A stretch of 64,000 nt of DNA from an uncultured Gemmatimonadaceae bacterium (lineage in GTDB: Bacteria > Gemmatimonadota > Gemmatimonadetes > Gemmatimonadales > Gemmatimonadaceae): positions 96,001 to 160,000 of the forward strand of contig CAWFQK010000004.1 of NCBI GenBank assembly GCA_963817955.1. Reading direction: 5' to 3'. The translations under genes and the position numbers were made by a program. Below, piece after piece: positions 59,900 through 64,000 of the stretch (the stretch's first letter is position 1; the number at the start of each line of letters is the position of its first letter). The notes below the pieces were generated by a model, which saw only the letters and a program-made list of their open reading frames with translations, was not told the DNA's origin and ran no database searches.

Positions 59900-60788
59900 A
59901 TGATGGCCGAACAGAAGTTGATCGACGGGGCCGTGTTGGCCGATCGCGTCAAGGCGGAAGCTGCGTTGAAAGTGGCCGGTCTCAAGGCGCGCGGCATCAC
60001 GCCCGGGCTGACCGTCGTGCTCGTGGGCGAGGACCCGGGGAGCACGGTGTACGTCGGCTCCAAGGAGCAGGCCTGCATCGAGGCCGGCATGCACGGCGAG
60101 ACGATTCGCCGTGCCCGCGACCACCACGCAGGACGAGCTGCTCGCGGTCGTCGACCGGCTGAACGCCGATCCCGCGATCCACGGCATTCTCGTGCAGATG
60201 CCGCTCCCGAAGCAGATCGAGCCCCGACGCGGTCATGCGCCGCATCCGTCCCGACAAGGACGTGGACGGCTTCCACCCGGTGAACGTCGGCAAGGTGCTC
60301 ATCGGCGAGAACGACGGATTTGCGCCGTGCACGCCGTCGGGCGTGCATGTACATGCTTCAGGCGTACGGCGTGCGGACGGCCGGCACGGAGTGCGTCATC
60401 ATCGGGCGAAGCAACATCGTCGGCAAGCCGATGGCGACGCTGATGGTGCAGGCCGGGCATCGACGCCACGGTGACGGTCTGCCACAGCCGCACGCGCGAT
60501 CTCGCCGCGCACACTCGGCGCGCCGACATTCTCATCGTCGCCGCCGGCCGCGCGCGGATGGTCACGGCGGAGATGGTCAAGCCTGGGGCGGTCGTGATCG
60601 ACGTCGGCATGAACCGCATTCCCGACGCCACGAAAAAGAGCGGCACGCGCCTCGTAGGCGATGTGGATTTTGACGGTGTGCGCGAGGTGGCTTCGCTGAT
60701 CACGCCTGTGCCGGGCGGCGTGGGGAAGATGACCATCGCCATGCTCATGGCAAATACCGTGCGTGCCGCGGCGCAACTGTCGCAGTGA
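59900..60788 (+). CDS. folD: Bifunctional methylene-THF dehydrogenase/cyclohydrolase (four apparent +1 frameshifts)
   Basis: [40 protein letters not shown] and TPVPGGVG lie in five successive frame segments. Confidence 0.9.
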
Positions 60789-62047
60789 GCGGTCGGCGCG
60801 GTCCGCGCGCCAGCGAGCGCGCGGATCTCGATCTTTTTTCGCTGCCGCCGGCACCGCCGGTGGCAGCGCCCGCGGACCCCGGGGTGTTGGACACCGCGAG
60901 CTATCCGGGCGAGACGCCACAGTCGGCCGTACCGGTATCTCTGCTCACCCAGACGGCGAAGGATGTCATCGAGGGCGCGTTCATTCCGCTCTGGGTGCGC
61001 GGCGAGATCAGCGATTTCAAGTCACACCGCAATGGCCACTGGTACTTCTGCCTGCGCGACCACGCGGCCCAGATTCGGTGCGTCGTGTGGAAGCGCGACC
61101 AGCGCGGCATTGCGGCGGCGCCTGATGACGGCATGCAGGTGGCCGCACTGGGACGCCTCACAGTGTATGCGGCGCGGGGCGAGATGCAGTTCACGATCAC
61201 GCGCATGGAAGCGGAAGGTGACGGCCTCCGGCGCAAGGCGCTGGAGATCACGCGTGCCCGCCTGGAGGCGGACGGTCTGCTCGCGCCGGAACGCAAGCGT
61301 CCACTGCCGCGCTTCCCGCGCGTGATCGCCATCGTGACGAGTCCCGACGGCGCGGCGCTGCACGACATCGTGGCCGTCGCCAGGCGGCGCGGCGCGAACA
61401 TTCGGCTCGTGGTGGTGCCGGCGGCAGTGCAGGGCGACGCGGCCCCTGAGGAGCTGTGTTTCGCGCTCGATCAGGTGGACCGATGGGGCGGCGCCGATCT
61501 CGTCATCATCGGGCGCGGCGGCGGGTCGCGCGAAGATCTCTGGGCGTTCAACGACGAACGCGTTGCGCGGGCGGTGGCCGCCTGCCGTGTGCCGACGATC
61601 TCCGCCGTGGGACACGAGATCGACATCTCGATCTGCGATCTCGTTGCCGACCACCGTGCGGCGACACCGTCGGCGGCCGCCGAGCTGGCCACGCGCTCCC
61701 GCGACGAGCTGCAGGCCGAGTTGCGCAAATGCTCATTGCGCATGAGTAGCGCCTCACGCGCACTCGTGCGCAGCAAGGCCGACCACGTGCGGAACATCGG
61801 GCGCGATATCGCCTCCGCCGGGAGCATGCAGGTGACCCAGCGGCAGCATCAGGTCCAGGCCGTCGCGGGACGATTGCACGCGCTCAGTCCGCTCGCCACG
61901 CTCGCGCGCGGATACGCGGTCGCGCGCGATGGTGCGGGCAACACGCTCAGCGCCACCGCGGCGTTTGCGCCGGGCATGCCGTTCGATCTCGTCGTGCGCG
62001 ATGGCACCGTTCCGGCGCAGGTGCGCGTGAACCAGGGAACGCCATGA
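60785..62047 (+). CDS. xseA: Exodeoxyribonuclease VII large subunit
   Basis: WVRGEISD...[37 protein letters not shown]. Confidence 0.96.
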   Translation: MSGRRGPRASERADLDLFSLPPAPPVAAPADPGVLDTASYPGETPQSAVPVSLLTQTAKDVIEGAFIPLWVRGEISDFKSHRNGHWYFCLRDHAAQIRCVVWKRDQRGIAAAPDDGMQVAALGRLTVYAARGEMQFTITRMEAEGDGLRRKALEITRARLEADGLLAPERKRPLPRFPRVIAIVTSPDGAALHDIVAVARRRGANIRLVVVPAAVQGDAAPEELCFALDQVDRWGGADLVIIGRGGGSREDLWAFNDERVARAVAACRVPTISAVGHEIDISICDLVADHRAATPSAAAELATRSRDELQAELRKCSLRMSSASRALVRSKADHVRNIGRDIASAGSMQVTQRQHQVQAVAGRLHALSPLATLARGYAVARDGAGNTLSATAAFAPGMPFDLVVRDGTVPAQVRVNQGTP

Positions 62048-62253
62048 CGTTTGAGGAACGCCTCGCCCGTCTCGAACAGATTGCGGCCGAGCTGGAGGGC
62101 GACGTCGAGTTGGCTCGTGCGCTCGCGTTGTTCGAGGAAGGCATCGAAGTCCTGCGCGCCGCGTCGGATGAATTGACACAGGTCGAGGCGCGCCTGCAGC
62201 ATCTGGTGGAGCGCGCCGACGGCACCTTCGATACCCTCGATCCCCGTGAATAG
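62044..62253 (+). CDS. xseB: Exodeoxyribonuclease VII small subunit
   Basis: FEERLARLEQI...LE...ALALFEEG. Confidence 0.92.
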   Translation: MTFEERLARLEQIAAELEGDVELARALALFEEGIEVLRAASDELTQVEARLQHLVERADGTFDTLDPRE

Positions 62254-63154
62254 CGCGGCCGCCATCCACTGGGTGGCGGATCGCACCGCCATCGATCGCG
62301 CGTTGGCCGTGGTGTGCGAGCACTACGCGGCGGCGCTTCCCGGCACCGTGAGTGACGCGGTCACCTACAGCTTGCAGGGCGGCGGCAAACGACTTCGCGG
62401 ACTCCTCTTGCTCGCTGCGTACCGCACCGCCGGCGGCCGCGCCGACGCGAGCGCCCTCGCGGCGGCGATCGAGGTGGTCCACGCCTACTCGCTCGTGCAC
62501 GACGACCTGCCATGCATGGACGACGACGACATGCGGCGCGGGCGGCCCACGGTGCACCGCGTGTTCGGCGTGAACGCGGCGACTGCGGCGGGCGTGGCGA
62601 TGGTGCCGCTGGCCGCCAGTGCAGCGCTCTCCGCGAGCCGTGCGCTTGGATTGTCGCGGCCTGCGTGCGGGCAGATCGTGTCGGAGCTCATGCGCGCGTC
62701 GGGAGCCAGCGGGATGATCGGCGGACAACTGCTCGACCTCGAAGGGGAGGGTCGGCCGCTTGGTCTCGACGATCTCGAGCGAATTCACCGCGTGAAGACG
62801 GGCGCGCTGATCCGCGCGTCGGTGGTACTCGGCGGCATCGCGGCAAATGCGGAACCACGAGTCGTCGACGCGCTGTCGCACTTCGGCGCGGCCATTGGAC
62901 TCGCATTTCAGATTGCCGACGACGTGCTGGACGTCACCGGAACGACCGATTGCTTGGGCAAGACCGCCGGCCGGGACATCGCCCTGCAGAAGAGCACGTA
63001 CCCGGCGCTGCTTGGTGTCGGCGGCGCCACGCAACGCGCCGGCGACTTGGTGGCCGACGGATGCTCCGCGCTGCGTTCCGCGGGGCTGCTGTCGACTGAG
63101 CTCGAGGTCCTCGCGCGGTTCGTCATTGAGCGGGAGTCTTACGCCGCCCGCTAG
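62246..63154 (+). CDS. ispA: Farnesyl/geranylgeranyl diphosphate synthase
   Basis: GGKRLR, SLVHDDLPCMDDDDMRRG, FQIADDVLD, GKTAG. Confidence 0.93.
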   Translation: MNSAAAIHWVADRTAIDRALAVVCEHYAAALPGTVSDAVTYSLQGGGKRLRGLLLLAAYRTAGGRADASALAAAIEVVHAYSLVHDDLPCMDDDDMRRGRPTVHRVFGVNAATAAGVAMVPLAASAALSASRALGLSRPACGQIVSELMRASGASGMIGGQLLDLEGEGRPLGLDDLERIHRVKTGALIRASVVLGGIAANAEPRVVDALSHFGAAIGLAFQIADDVLDVTGTTDCLGKTAGRDIALQKSTYPALLGVGGATQRAGDLVADGCSALRSAGLLSTELEVLARFVIERESYAAR

Positions 63155-63181
63155 CTTTCTCGCTGATACTATGTGATGAGC

Positions 63182-64000
63182 ATGACCATTCTCGACCGAG
63201 TACATTCTCCCGCCGACATGCGCGGCATGACGCGCGACGAGCTGAAGCAGCTCGCCGACGCGGTGCGGCGCGTGTCATCGACGTCTGTTCCCGCACCGGC
63301 GGACACATCGGTTCGGGGCTCGGCGTCGTTGAACTCACCATCGCGCTGCACGTCGCATTCGATACACCGCGCGACCAGCTGGTCTGGGACGTTGGGCATC
63401 AGGGGTATCCGCACAAGCTGCTCACCGGCCGCAACACGGACTTCGAGACCCTGCGGCAGGAAGACGGGCTTTCGGGTTTCCTCAAGCGCTCCGAGAGCGA
63501 GTACGACACATTCGGTGCGGGCCATGCGGCGACGTCGATCTCTGCGGCCTTCGGCATGGCCGCGGGGCGCGACCTGAAGGGTGAAGACTTCAAGGTCGTC
63601 GCCATCATCGGCGACGGTGCCATGACGTCCGGACTCGCGTACGAAGGGTTGAACAACGCCGGCCACTCGGATCGTGACGTCGTCGTGGTGCTGAACGACA
63701 ACGAAATGTCCATCGCGCCGAATGTCGGTGCGATGCACAAGTATCTCACGTCGGTGCAGCGCAATTCGCTCTACAATCGCGTGCGTTCGGCGATCGGTGA
63801 CTTCGTGGATCACGTGCCCGGGCCGCTCGCGTCGATGAGCACACTCGTTCGCAAGTGGGAGGAGAGCGTGAAGACGTTCCTCACGCCCGGCGTGCTGTTC
63901 GAGGAGCTCGGCTTTCGGTACTTCGGTCCGATCGACGGGCACGACATCGACGGGCTGGTCGAAACGTTCACGGCGGTCCGTGAGATGAAGGGACCGCGGC
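63182..64000 (+). CDS. dxs: 1-deoxy-D-xylulose-5-phosphate synthase (3'-truncated; one apparent frameshift near 63270)
   Basis: GGHIGSGLGVVELT, WDVGHQGYPHK, IGDGAMT, LNDNEMSI, FEELGFRYFGPIDGH. Confidence 0.93.

Overview
GC-rich bacterial chromosome segment of about 62 CDSs, almost all on the + strand. Gene style suggests Gemmatimonadota, but this is an impression and not a computed assignment. The window is mostly housekeeping: accC-comB-ftsK, yraN-recA-recX-alaS, gmhA, cca, rarA, hflX, rfaE1, mlaEFD, obgE-dprA-hemW-hrcA-dnaJ-prmA-rsmE-hit-yqeY-mutS2-dnaG-recJ-rsmD-coaD-pta, an RsbV/W/U-like partner-switch trio, rsmA, rex/arcA, infC-rpmI-rplT-pheST, zapA-(6S RNA)-rny-folD-xseAB-ispA-dxs, and two tRNAs (Val-CAC, Ile2-CAT). 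The only accessory-looking stretch is about 18.8-20.7 kb. It holds an AT-rich -10-like patch, a 9-bp hairpin, a roughly 55-unit degenerate 21-bp periodic array, a decayed gene in three frames, and a 16-bp inverted repeat. Other notable signals are a probable ATA start for hflX, an attenuator-like leader before infC (ATT start), a perfect Rex operator, many apparently leaderless genes and a 22-bp perfect inverted repeat built from heptamers. Frameshifts in accC, dnaJ, folD and dxs look like sequencing indels. No CRISPR array, integrase or transposase was seen.
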